Shown here: piece by piece, positions 10,168-18,976 of the stretch
How the letters are laid out: every line of letters begins with the position of its first letter
How positions within the stretch are numbered: the stretch's first letter is position 1
NCBI GenBank assembly: GCA_964499705.1
Contig: CAZCME010000018.1
Span: forward strand, 1-64,000
Source of the DNA: an uncultured bacterium
GTDB taxonomy: Bacteria > UBA8481
Direction: 5' to 3'
DNA length: 64,000 nucleotides
Notes under the pieces: model-generated
What the model was told of the DNA's origin: nothing
Database searches by the model: none
What the model saw: the letters and a program-made list of their open reading frames with translations, nothing else
Program-made: the position numbers and the translations under genes

Positions 10168-10353
10168 TCAATCCACCAGGAGCGTCCGCAGCTTCTGGAG
10201 CTGATCTTCGAGCTTTCTCACTTCCACGAGGGCCGCGACGGCCGCTTCCCGCGCCATGGCGTCAATCCGGGGATTGTCCGCGATCACCTCGACATTGATG
10301 ACGAGCGACCCGAGGGTGTTGTTGATGTCATGAAACGTTTTGGATAGTGACAT
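10168..10353 (-). CDS. Stand-alone HisKA-like phosphoacceptor micro-protein (61 aa)
   Basis: H-box-like FHDINNTLGSL followed by a second amphipathic helix; no HATPase domain. Divergent from a response regulator. Confidence 0.55.
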   Translation of the reverse strand: MSLSKTFHDINNTLGSLVINVEVIADNPRIDAMAREAAVAALVEVRKLEDQLQKLRTLLVD

Positions 10354-10359
10354 GGGAGA

Positions 10360-10432
10360 AGTATGCTGGATGGTGGATCAAGGTTGAAGACATAATTTTT
10401 TTCTTCATCCTTCATCCTTCATCCTTCATACT
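10360..10432. repeat. Imperfect palindrome of TTCATCC heptamers with outward-facing CATACT at both ends
   Basis: Right arm TTCATCC x3 + TTCATACT (~10404-10432); degenerate mirror arm AGTATGCTGGATGGTGGAT from 10360. Confidence 0.7.
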
Positions 10433-10441
10433 TGCCGTTCT

Positions 10442-11833
10442 ATGGCTTCCCGCATACTTCTTGTGGAGGATGACGCCGGGTTCGGAGATTCCCTGGAACG
10501 ATCGCTCCGCATGGACGGTTACGAGGTGATCCGGAGGGCGACGCTGGCGGGGGCCCGCACCGAAACGATGACGGAAATCGATGCGGCGATCCTCGACCTG
10601 GAGTTGCCTGACGGGAGCGGAATCGAGCTCCTGAAGGAATGGCGCTCGGCCCATGCGGATTTACCCGTCATCTTCCTGACCGGCACCCCCACGCTGGAAT
10701 CCGCCGTGGAGGCGCTTCGAGGCCGAGCCTTCGATTTTCTCCGCAAACCCATCTCACGCGACGCGCTCGGCGCCGTTCTGCAGCGCGCCATCGAATCGTC
10801 CCGGCTCCGGCGGGAAGTCGTCCGGCTCCGCGATGCGCTCGGCGCGGAAACTCACCCGCACGGAATCGTGGGCTGCTCCCAGGCCACCCGCACGCTCCAA
10901 TCGCGCATCTCCGCCGTGGCGGCGGCTCCGACGACCGTCCTGATCCAGGGCGAAACCGGCACCGGCAAGGAGCTCGTCGCTCAGGCGCTGCATCTCACTT
11001 CCGGCCGCAAGGGGCCTTTCGTCGCGATCAATTGCGCGGCGCTTCCGGAGATGCTTCTCGAAGCCGAGCTCTTCGGCCACCGGCGAGGAGCCTTCACCGG
11101 AGCCACATCCGACCGCCGCGGGCTCGTCGCCGAAGCCGATGGAGGCACGCTCTTTCTGGACGAGGTCGGAGAACTTCCGCTGCCGCTGCAGGCCAAGCTG
11201 CTGCGGCTCGTGCAGAACCGGGAATACCGCCCGCTCGGCGAGAACCGGGCCCGGCAGTCGGACATCCGGATCATCGCGGCGACCAACCGGGATCTCCGCA
11301 ACGAGCTCGGATCGCACGGAAAATTCCGCGACGACTTGTACTGGAGGCTGGCGGTGGTGACGTTCGAGATCCTGCCGCTCCGCGATCGCCGCGAAGATAT
11401 CGGCGATCTCACCCTCCATTTCATCGCCCGGCATTCCGCTAGACTGGGGAAAACGGTCCGCGGCCTGAGCCGCGACGCGCTGGCCGCGCTCGAAGCGCAC
11501 GATTGGCCCGGCAACGTCCGGGAGCTCGAAAACGTAATCGAGCGCGCCGTTCTCCTGGGAGCCGGCGAACAGCTCGGCGCCGACGATCTCAGCATTCAGC
11601 AGTCGCGCGCGGCGAAGGCGCGACTGGATTCCGATACCCCTGAAATTGCGTTCGACGCTTCGACGCTCGATGACGGAGTGGACGCATTCGAGCGAAACAC
11701 GATCATCAGGCTCCTGCAGGAACATAACGGAAGCGTGGCCCGGGCCGCGCGAGCCGCGGGCCGGAACCGGACCGCGTTCTATGCCATGATGAAACGGCTC
11801 GGCATTTCGAAAGAGGCCGTCTCCGCCGACTGA
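10442..11833 (+). CDS. Sigma-54-dependent response regulator (NtrC family: REC-AAA+-Fis HTH)
   Basis: REC (ILLVEDD, ILDLELPD), GETGTGKE, ELFGH..GAFTGA, LFLDEV, WPGNVREL, C-terminal HTH. Confidence 0.95.
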   Translation: MASRILLVEDDAGFGDSLERSLRMDGYEVIRRATLAGARTETMTEIDAAILDLELPDGSGIELLKEWRSAHADLPVIFLTGTPTLESAVEALRGRAFDFLRKPISRDALGAVLQRAIESSRLRREVVRLRDALGAETHPHGIVGCSQATRTLQSRISAVAAAPTTVLIQGETGTGKELVAQALHLTSGRKGPFVAINCAALPEMLLEAELFGHRRGAFTGATSDRRGLVAEADGGTLFLDEVGELPLPLQAKLLRLVQNREYRPLGENRARQSDIRIIAATNRDLRNELGSHGKFRDDLYWRLAVVTFEILPLRDRREDIGDLTLHFIARHSARLGKTVRGLSRDALAALEAHDWPGNVRELENVIERAVLLGAGEQLGADDLSIQQSRAAKARLDSDTPEIAFDASTLDDGVDAFERNTIIRLLQEHNGSVARAARAAGRNRTAFYAMMKRLGISKEAVSAD

Positions 11834-11943
11834 CGCGGCTTTCTCGTCTTCGTGGTCCGACATCCTGTCATCGAAACCCGACATTTTTTCCCGCGTTGCG
11901 TCTTCTTCGCCTCAGTGCAGGTTTTTCGGCTCCTCCGCGTGAC

Positions 11944-11959
11944 TGGCACAACACTTGCT
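11944..11959 (+). promoter_or_regulatory. Sigma-54 -24/-12 promoter
   Basis: TGGCAC-AACAC-TTGCT matches the TGGCAC-N5-TTGC consensus. It lies 40 nt upstream of ATG 11999 and just downstream of an enhancer-binding-protein gene. Confidence 0.85.
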
Positions 11960-11998
11960 CACTCTTTCAGACAGATACAAAAAAAGAAGGAGGGCACC

Positions 11999-13138
11999 AT
12001 GAACGAGACACCGGCCGGGGAATGCGATGCGAATGCGATCAGGTCCAAGGAGGAACCGCTCCGGATTCTCGTCGTCGACGATGACGATGGATTTCTCCAG
12101 GCGATGAAGCGGCTCTTCCATTCCAGCGGATACAACACGCACATCGCGCGCGACGGGATCGAAGCCATCGAGATGGCGCGCAAGAACACGTACGATGTCG
12201 TCTGCCTCGACCTCTGGATGCCGGGCCGCAACGGAATGGAGACGCTCCAGTCGCTGCGGGCCATCCATCAGGATCTCCCCGTCATCATGGTGTCCGCCAT
12301 GGGCACGGCCTGCACGCAGGAAGCCTGCGCGAAGATGGGGAGCTTCCGATACCTGCAGAAGCCGTTCGGATCCGGCGAAATCCTCAGGACGATCGAGGAA
12401 GCGGCGCGGCTGGCGGAGGACAAGCTCGACTCGGAAGCGCGCGGCGCGAACCGCGGAGTGATACTCCTGGCCGACGACCACGACACATTCCGCGCGACCC
12501 TGGGGCGACGACTGCGCGGAGAAGGTTTCATCGTGGATGAAGCCTCCACCGGTACCGGCGCCGTGGCAGCCTGGCGGAAACGCCACTACGATCTCGGGCT
12601 GCTGGACATGCACATGCCGCAGGGTTCCGGAACGGAAGCGGCGAAAACGATCCACGAGTTCGACCCGACCGCGGTGCTGGCCTTCATGACCGGCGAAGCG
12701 ACTCAGAATGAGATCGACTCCAGCATCCATCACGCCATCGGCATCTGCCTTTCCAAGCCTCTCTCTTTCGAAAAGATCGCGCAGAAAGTAACGTTTCTCA
12801 TCGATGTCGGCCGTCGAACGCGCATGAGGCGCGTCTCGTTCGACAATTACGAAAGCCTCTCCGCCCTGTCAAAAGGCCTGCATCAATTGAAACATTCCTA
12901 TCGGAAATTCCATCGGACGGGACGCGACAAGCTGATGGCCTTCGTCGTCGTGGCCTCGACGCTCCTGTCGCTCCCCTTTCTCCAGGCGATCGATTCCATC
13001 CAGCGCGCCAACCTGGATCGCAGCTTCGGCAACCAGAAGCCGGCTCACACGACACTGGCCGAAATGGTGAGGGATCGACTGTCCGACGGGCAGGGAGAGA
13101 GCATGGAGGAGAAGCTGCTGAAGCTGGCGCAGGAATAG
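11999..13138 (+). CDS. Tandem receiver-domain (REC-REC) protein with a C-terminal hydrophobic segment
   Basis: REC1 (ILVVDDD, CLDLWMPG, QKPF), REC2 (ILLADDH, LLDMHMPQ, SKPL), TM-like LMAFVVVASTLLSLPFL. AAGGAGG RBS before ATG 11999. Confidence 0.85.
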   Translation: MNETPAGECDANAIRSKEEPLRILVVDDDDGFLQAMKRLFHSSGYNTHIARDGIEAIEMARKNTYDVVCLDLWMPGRNGMETLQSLRAIHQDLPVIMVSAMGTACTQEACAKMGSFRYLQKPFGSGEILRTIEEAARLAEDKLDSEARGANRGVILLADDHDTFRATLGRRLRGEGFIVDEASTGTGAVAAWRKRHYDLGLLDMHMPQGSGTEAAKTIHEFDPTAVLAFMTGEATQNEIDSSIHHAIGICLSKPLSFEKIAQKVTFLIDVGRRTRMRRVSFDNYESLSALSKGLHQLKHSYRKFHRTGRDKLMAFVVVASTLLSLPFLQAIDSIQRANLDRSFGNQKPAHTTLAEMVRDRLSDGQGESMEEKLLKLAQE

Positions 13139-13243
13139 GGGACATTCTCCAACATTCCAACATTGGCGATGTTGGAGTTATGTCGTCGGATTTGTAAGAC
13201 TATTATTTTGAATGTTGGAATGTTGGAGAATGTCCCCTATTCC
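13132..13243. repeat. Perfect 33-bp inverted repeat (46-nt spacer) between convergent genes; MITE-like, likely bidirectional terminator
   Basis: GGAATAGGGGACATTCTCCAACATTCCAACATT (13132-13164) and its exact reverse complement (13211-13243). Confidence 0.9.
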
Positions 13244-14184
13244 AAAAAGAGAGAACTCACGGATTCGCTGTGGTGGATGCGGCGGATGGCTTCGCCGAGG
13301 AGCTTGGCGACCGAGAGTTGCTTGATCTTCGCGGGAGCTTTCTCCGTGAGAGGAATCGTGTTCGTGACGATGAGTTCCTCCAGAATGGAATTCTCGATCC
13401 GGTCGAGCGCGGGGCCGGAGAGAACGGCGTGCGTCGCGACGGCGCGGACGGTGCGGGCGCCGGCCTGCTTGATGGCGTTGGCGACGAGCATGAGGGTTCC
13501 GGCCGTGTCGATCATGTCGTCGACGATGATGGCGTCGCGGTCGGTGACATCGCCAATGACGTGGTGGATTTCAGCGACGTTCGGCTGAGGACGGCGCTTG
13601 TCGACGATCGCAAGCGGAAGCCCCTTCAAACGCCGCGCGAAACCGCGGGCGCGCTCGACGGCGCCGGCGTCGGGCGAGACGACCACGGCGTCGGGACCGG
13701 CCAGGCCCATCAGGGCTTCGATGAGCATCGGCGCGGCGTAGAGATGATCGACGGGAATGTCGAAGAAGCCCTGGATCTGATCGGCGTGGAGATCCATCGT
13801 CAGGACGCGATCCGCTCCGGCGGCCGTGATGAGATTGGCCACGAGCTTGGCGGTGATCGGAACGCGCGGCCGATCCTTGCGATCCTGGCGAGCGTATCCG
13901 AAATACGGAATGACCGCCGTGATCCGCTTGGCGGATGCGCGTCGCGCGGCATCGATGAGGACGAGGAGTTCCATCAGGTTCTGGTTGACTGGAGAGCAGG
14001 TCGACTGGATGACGAAGCAATCGACGCCGCGGATGTTCTCCTCGATCCGTACCTGGATCTCCCCGTCTGAAAACGCGCCGACCTTGACGCGCCCCAGCTC
14101 CAGCCCGAGAAAATCGGCGATCTCCCCGGCGAGCACCGGATTGGAATTGCCGGTGAGAAGTTTTATGTGATCGGCGGGCTGCAC
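13237..14184 (-). CDS. prs: Ribose-phosphate pyrophosphokinase
   Basis: Motifs [46 protein letters not shown]. Confidence 0.97.
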   Translation of the reverse strand: MQPADHIKLLTGNSNPVLAGEIADFLGLELGRVKVGAFSDGEIQVRIEENIRGVDCFVIQSTCSPVNQNLMELLVLIDAARRASAKRITAVIPYFGYARQDRKDRPRVPITAKLVANLITAAGADRVLTMDLHADQIQGFFDIPVDHLYAAPMLIEALMGLAGPDAVVVSPDAGAVERARGFARRLKGLPLAIVDKRRPQPNVAEIHHVIGDVTDRDAIIVDDMIDTAGTLMLVANAIKQAGARTVRAVATHAVLSGPALDRIENSILEELIVTNTIPLTEKAPAKIKQLSVAKLLGEAIRRIHHSESVSSLFLE

Positions 14185-14193
14185 CGGAGAAGT

Positions 14194-14952
14194 CTAAACT
14201 TCGCTCCCGCGTCTGACAAGATACCTTTCCACAACCCCCAGCTCATCCGGAGTATTGACGCCCAGCATCTCGCCGGGATCCCCTGCGATGACTCCCGCGA
14301 CCCTGCCGTCATGCAAAGCGCAATCGCGGACGACATCCGTCAGGTAATATTCCTGCTGCGCGTTATCGCTTTTCAGGGACGATAGGCCCCGCAGGAGATC
14401 CGCGCGGCGAAAAACATAGGTCCCGCTGTTGACTTCGTTCACGGCGAGTTCCTCCGGGGCGCAGTCGCGCGCCTCGACGATGCGTTCCACACAGGAGGAA
14501 TCGGTCTTCGAGCGAATGATGCGGCCGTAAGCGCCCGCATCATCGAGCACCATCGAGAGCACGGCCGCGGCGGCGTCATCCCTGCGGCGCGCTTCAGCGA
14601 GATTACGGAGCGTTGCAGCCGAGATGCACGGGACATCACCGCAGAGAACAAGGACTTCGTCGGCGTCCGAGAGGAGCGGTGCGGCCTGCTGCGCGGCGTG
14701 ACCGGTTCCGAGGCGTTCCCGCTGAATGACGGTCTCGAATCCCCGGAGGTGCTCCGCTTTTTCCGCGTCGGTCATCTCGGGACCGACTACCGCGATGAAC
14801 TTCGACGCGCCCGCGCCCCGGGCCGCATCGGCGACCCAGCGGATGAGAGGCTTGCCCGCGGCCTGGTGGAGCACTTTCGGCAGGGCCGACTTCATGCGCT
14901 TGCCGAGCCCGGCGGCGAGAATCACGGCAAAAAGCTTCGCGTCGCGCGCCAT
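14194..14952 (-). CDS. Sugar-phosphate nucleotidyltransferase, GlmU N-terminal (uridylyltransferase) domain only
   Basis: Motifs ILAAG.GKRMKS..PKVLH, LGTGHA, GDVP, YGRI, EVNSG.Y, EYYLTD, GVNT. Ends at 252 aa without the acetyltransferase beta-helix; sits in the glmU-prs position. Confidence 0.88.
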   Translation of the reverse strand: MARDAKLFAVILAAGLGKRMKSALPKVLHQAAGKPLIRWVADAARGAGASKFIAVVGPEMTDAEKAEHLRGFETVIQRERLGTGHAAQQAAPLLSDADEVLVLCGDVPCISAATLRNLAEARRRDDAAAAVLSMVLDDAGAYGRIIRSKTDSSCVERIVEARDCAPEELAVNEVNSGTYVFRRADLLRGLSSLKSDNAQQEYYLTDVVRDCALHDGRVAGVIAGDPGEMLGVNTPDELGVVERYLVRRGSEV

Positions 14953-16880
14953 CAGCGTCGCTCCGCCGGATGTCCGGCCGGCACGGCCGAAACCGGTTCG
15001 CGCACCTTCCGCAGCTCGCCCGCGATCCTGTACAGCGATCCCGTCTCGTGAGCGGCATACTCAAGGGCAAGCGCGGCCGTCACGTTCTTCTCTTTTTTCG
15101 CGCAGGCATCCAGGATCCCATGAAGATTTCCCGGCTGCATGCGCGCCAGGATCAGGTAGTGATATTTCCGGATCGCGGGATCCTTCTCGTGCAGCGCGGC
15201 GCCGGCCACCCACTCGGAGGAAATATCCTGGAAATTGTCGATCCGGAGGAGCGACTCCAGGGCGCTTCTCCTCGCGATAGATCCCCGCCCGTGCGAGGCG
15301 AATTCCCAGAGCGGACGGGCGGCGCGCCTGTCGCCCAGCTCACCCAGAGCCCACGCCGCTTTCGCGCGGATCAGTTCCGGCCTGCCATCGTCGAGGTAGC
15401 CGGATATTTTTTCAAAGGCATGCGGCATGGAGATGAAGGCGCTGATCGCGAGCGACGGATCGAGAATCCAGGGATGATCCATCAGCATCCGGAAGATCGG
15501 TTCCACGCGGTCGCAGCGCATCATCGCCATCCGGGCCGCGAAGAAACGGAGCGCGAAGATGCGGCCCTTCATCTCCTTCTTCGACTGGCCGCGGACGTCG
15601 CCCAACTGGCCGTAGGCTTCGCGCGTCAGGCGTTTGACAAGGCCATGCAGTTTCGCCACGTCCCGCATGAATCCCGGGTTCCTGCGGACGAAATCCTCCG
15701 CCCACGTCCTCATGCCGTGTTTCTCGATCCCGAACAATTCCACGTCGGGAATGTTCAGTCGGACGGGATGCAGCCCGCGACCGCCCCGCTCCGGAAGCCA
15801 CTGCGAACGAGGCCCGTTCGAGCGGATCGTGAGGATTCGCTGCGCGAGCCAGTCGGTGGAGACATGGATGCCCAGCCATCGAAGACCGCGAGCATACCAC
15901 TTGAGAAATCGCTCCGGTTCGCGGTGGAACCGTTCGAGAAGCCTGCCGTCGAGCCGATACAGAGAGCCGTACACGCGATCGAAGAGCCGCGCGGCATACT
16001 CGCGCTCGCCGCCCGGCGCGCCGCGGGCCAGAGGATCCCGCGAGTAGCCGATCTCCGATTTGACGGCGTCGTGCAGGCGGAGGCTGAAGCGCGAGGCCAG
16101 AATCCTGGAGAGGCTGTGATGCGCGCGGCGGGCGGCGGCGCTTGTTTTCGCGAAGAAGAACATGTCGTCCACATAGCGGCAGAAACGTCCTCCAGCTTTC
16201 CAGCGATGCTTGACGGTCTCGTCGAGCGGAAAGAGATAGAGGTTTGCAATGAAGCCCGAAACGACGGGACCTGCGGGAATGCCATAACCGGGCGACAGGA
16301 GCGGACAGCGCTGATGATTGAGATCGCGAAAGAAATCGTGGATCGGGTCGCGAGGGAGAATGCGAGCGAGCGTCGCGTCGAGCTTTCGGAGCGGAATCTC
16401 GGGATAGAAATTCTTCACATCGGTGCGGAGGTTCCACGGCGAGCGTCGCGCGGCGCGGCCGCACGCGCGGGAGAAGGAGTCCCAGGCACGATCCCATGGG
16501 ATGAAGAAGCGGTCCGATCCGCGCGCCTTGTCCAACCGGTTCCCGAACGAGACGGCGCCGCCGGCGTCCATGGCGCGCTCCAGGCGCGGCGCCAGCGCCA
16601 GCGCCGCGGCGACCGTCGCCACTTCATCCGCGAACGTGCGATAGGCGTATTTTCGCGACGACTTGATGTCCTTCGGGATGTAATACCCCGTCAGCTGGTC
16701 GAAGCGATATCCTTCCAGCATCCGTCGCGAAAGGTCTCCGATATTCCGCTTCAACCGCCACTCGAAGAGCTTGATCTCCACGGTGTCGTAATACGGCTGC
16801 TCCCAGAGCCAGGTCCGGGCTTTCAGGAAAGCCTGGTGAATCGTCGCATGCCGGGCGGCGATATCGATCGTGGAGGACAT
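14952..16880 (-). CDS. Reverse transcriptase with C-terminal HEAT-like repeats (UG/Abi-like)
   Basis: RT motifs YIPK...R, SFGNRL, TDVKNFYPEI, GIPAGPVVSGFIANLYL..LD and RYVDD (16164-16175). C-terminal HEAT-like IRAKAAWALGELGDRRA and ARRSALESL. 642 aa, uninterrupted. Confidence 0.9.
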   Translation of the reverse strand: MSSTIDIAARHATIHQAFLKARTWLWEQPYYDTVEIKLFEWRLKRNIGDLSRRMLEGYRFDQLTGYYIPKDIKSSRKYAYRTFADEVATVAAALALAPRLERAMDAGGAVSFGNRLDKARGSDRFFIPWDRAWDSFSRACGRAARRSPWNLRTDVKNFYPEIPLRKLDATLARILPRDPIHDFFRDLNHQRCPLLSPGYGIPAGPVVSGFIANLYLFPLDETVKHRWKAGGRFCRYVDDMFFFAKTSAAARRAHHSLSRILASRFSLRLHDAVKSEIGYSRDPLARGAPGGEREYAARLFDRVYGSLYRLDGRLLERFHREPERFLKWYARGLRWLGIHVSTDWLAQRILTIRSNGPRSQWLPERGGRGLHPVRLNIPDVELFGIEKHGMRTWAEDFVRRNPGFMRDVAKLHGLVKRLTREAYGQLGDVRGQSKKEMKGRIFALRFFAARMAMMRCDRVEPIFRMLMDHPWILDPSLAISAFISMPHAFEKISGYLDDGRPELIRAKAAWALGELGDRRAARPLWEFASHGRGSIARRSALESLLRIDNFQDISSEWVAGAALHEKDPAIRKYHYLILARMQPGNLHGILDACAKKEKNVTAALALEYAAHETGSLYRIAGELRKVREPVSAVPAGHPAERR

Positions 16881-16889
16881 GATGGGACG

Positions 16890-16953
16890 AGTATGAAGGA
16901 TGAAGTACGAAATGGAAATATTTCTTCTTACTTTATCCTTCCTGCTTCATACT
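16890..16953. repeat. Imperfect palindrome of the TTCATCC/TTCATAC family between the divergent RT and queE genes
   Basis: AGTATGAAG pairs with CTTCATACT; AAGGATGAAGTA pairs imperfectly with TACTTTATCCTT. Confidence 0.7.
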
Positions 16954-16962
16954 TTTCCTTCC

Positions 16963-17646
16963 ATGTTGAGCGTGAAGGAAATCTACAAGTCGATCCAGGG
17001 CGAGACGAGCCGCGCGGGACTGCCGTCGGTCTTCGTCCGCCTTGCCGCCTGCGACCTGCGCTGCTCCTGGTGCGATTCGGAATACGCCTTCACCGGCGGC
17101 GAGATGATGGAGCTCGATGAGGTCGTTTCGAAAGTCCGCGAACTCGACGCGCGCGTCGTGACCATAACGGGCGGCGAACCGCTCCTGCAGGATGACGTCT
17201 TCCCTCTCATATCGCGCCTCGCCGACGACCGGCGCGATGTGCTCGTGGAAACGAGCGGCGCTCATGACATCGCTCCGATCGATCCTCGCGCGACCGTCAT
17301 CATGGATGTGAAGTGTCCGTCCAGCGGCGAGTCGAAGGCGAACAGGGAAGCCAATCTCGCGAACCTGAAATCCACGGATGAAGTGAAATTCGTAATCGCG
17401 TCCCGCGAAGATTATGACTGGGCTGTTCGCGCCGTCCGTGAAAAGAAGCTGGACGAAAAGTGCCATATCCTATTCACGTGGGCCGCGCCGGTCCCGGAAA
17501 GCGCCGAGCTGAAACCATTTCCGGAAGACCATCGGCGGATCGGCTCCGACGAACTGGCGCGCCTCATCCTCTCCGACGGACTGGATGTGCGCTTCCTTCC
17601 CCAGATCCACAAGACCATCTGGGGTGAAACCGCGCGATCGAGATAG
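16963..17646 (+). CDS. queE: 7-carboxy-7-deazaguanine synthase (radical SAM)
   Basis: EIYKSIQGE...G.P.VFVRL..CDLRCSWCD, TGGEPLLQ, ETSG, PQIHK.IW. Confidence 0.9.
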   Translation: MLSVKEIYKSIQGETSRAGLPSVFVRLAACDLRCSWCDSEYAFTGGEMMELDEVVSKVRELDARVVTITGGEPLLQDDVFPLISRLADDRRDVLVETSGAHDIAPIDPRATVIMDVKCPSSGESKANREANLANLKSTDEVKFVIASREDYDWAVRAVREKKLDEKCHILFTWAAPVPESAELKPFPEDHRRIGSDELARLILSDGLDVRFLPQIHKTIWGETARSR

Positions 17647-17653
17647 GGGGAGC

Positions 17654-18928
17654 TCAGCCGCCCGTAACGAACCAGAACCTGTTCTGCGCCACAGCGTAGT
17701 CGGCGCGGGCGTTGATGACGGCCGCGTTGGACTGGGCGAGGTCGCTCTCGGCATCGATCACTTCCGTCCCGATCCCGACGCCCTCGTTGAACCGCAGCCT
17801 GGATATTCTGAGGTCTTCCTCCGCGGCCTTCACTCTCGCTTCGGCCAGCTTCAACGACTCCCTGGCCGTGGCCATCTGGAGACTCGCTTCGCGCACCTGG
17901 AGCCTGACTTCATCTTCCATGTCGCGCACGGTATGCCGCGTGGCGGAAGCCTTCGATCGGGCCGCATCGACCTGGTTGGCCGTGCGGCCCCAGTTGAAGA
18001 TCTCCCAGCTGCCCGACAGACCCAGCTTCCACGTCTCGTCGCCGCTTCGGGTTTCGTCATCCTGGTAGCTGACCGAACCGAACGCGGCCAGGCTCGGAAA
18101 ATATCCGGAGCGCGCCACGGTGACGCGCCCCTCGTCCGCTTCGGCTCCGAGTCGAGCCGCGCGCAGATCGGGGCGCGATGCGATCGCATGCCGCTCGGGA
18201 TCGTCGAGCGGCTTCTGGAGATCGGTATCGGGGAAGCCGTCGGCGAGCGCGAGCTGTTCCGTCGTGGGGAGACCCAGGTAATTCGCGAGGCGCGACAGGG
18301 AAAGATCCCGGCGATTTCGTTTCGACGCTTCGTCGAGAGCCGCCTCCTGGACGCGGACATCCGCGCGGATGACCTCCACGCCCGCCGCCACACCGGCGCG
18401 GACGCGCGCTTCCGCGTCCTTCCTGTGAGCCTGGCTGGAGAGAAGCGTCGTGACCGCGGCCTTATGCAGAGCATTCGCGCGGATGACTTCAAAGCAGGCC
18501 TCGCGGGCGCGGGCGACGATCTCGTTCTCCTTCGACTTCAACCGTAGCGATCCGCCGTTCCGCTCCAACCGCGCAATGTCGACCTCGGTCGTGATACGGC
18601 CTCCGGAGTAGATCGTCTGGTCGACCCGGCCGGTCACGTCCATCTGATCTTCGGCCCCGATTGCGACGCTCCTGCCGGCGAAGGTCGTGATCGGCAGCTT
18701 GCCGTTGTGCGTGTAGGACGACGTGGCCGTGACCGTGGGAAAAGCGTGCGTGCGCGCGGCGGTCAGCGATGAAGAGAGCACGGCGCGCTGATCCATGACA
18801 GCCCGGAGTTCAGGATCGGCTTTCACCGCCATGGCGACCGCGTCGTTCACGGTGATGACGCGCGGCGCCGCATCGGCATGCAGGGCGACGAACGCTCCCA
18901 TAAGGAAAATAACCAGAGACCGGCTCAT
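17654..18928 (-). CDS. TolC-family outer membrane efflux protein
   Basis: Signal peptide and two OEP-like repeats (QTIYSGG; SRPDL...YFPSL...WEIFNWG; RFNEGVG...EVIDAE). Confidence 0.85.
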   Translation of the reverse strand: MSRSLVIFLMGAFVALHADAAPRVITVNDAVAMAVKADPELRAVMDQRAVLSSSLTAARTHAFPTVTATSSYTHNGKLPITTFAGRSVAIGAEDQMDVTGRVDQTIYSGGRITTEVDIARLERNGGSLRLKSKENEIVARAREACFEVIRANALHKAAVTTLLSSQAHRKDAEARVRAGVAAGVEVIRADVRVQEAALDEASKRNRRDLSLSRLANYLGLPTTEQLALADGFPDTDLQKPLDDPERHAIASRPDLRAARLGAEADEGRVTVARSGYFPSLAAFGSVSYQDDETRSGDETWKLGLSGSWEIFNWGRTANQVDAARSKASATRHTVRDMEDEVRLQVREASLQMATARESLKLAEARVKAAEEDLRISRLRFNEGVGIGTEVIDAESDLAQSNAAVINARADYAVAQNRFWFVTGG

Positions 18929-18976
18929 AACGATAATAACGGCAGAAGAGAAGCGAAACTATAGACGGAGTGCGAC

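Noticed and set aside
14952-16962. RT as a group II intron or retron
   Set aside because: No interrupted host gene or room for an intron RNA, no retron VTG motif recognised, and only 82 nt of upstream non-coding sequence.
16963-17646. queE as part of a 7-deazaguanine DNA-modification or defence system with the RT
   Set aside because: No dpdA, queC or queD nearby and the protein looks like housekeeping QueE; adjacency alone is insufficient.
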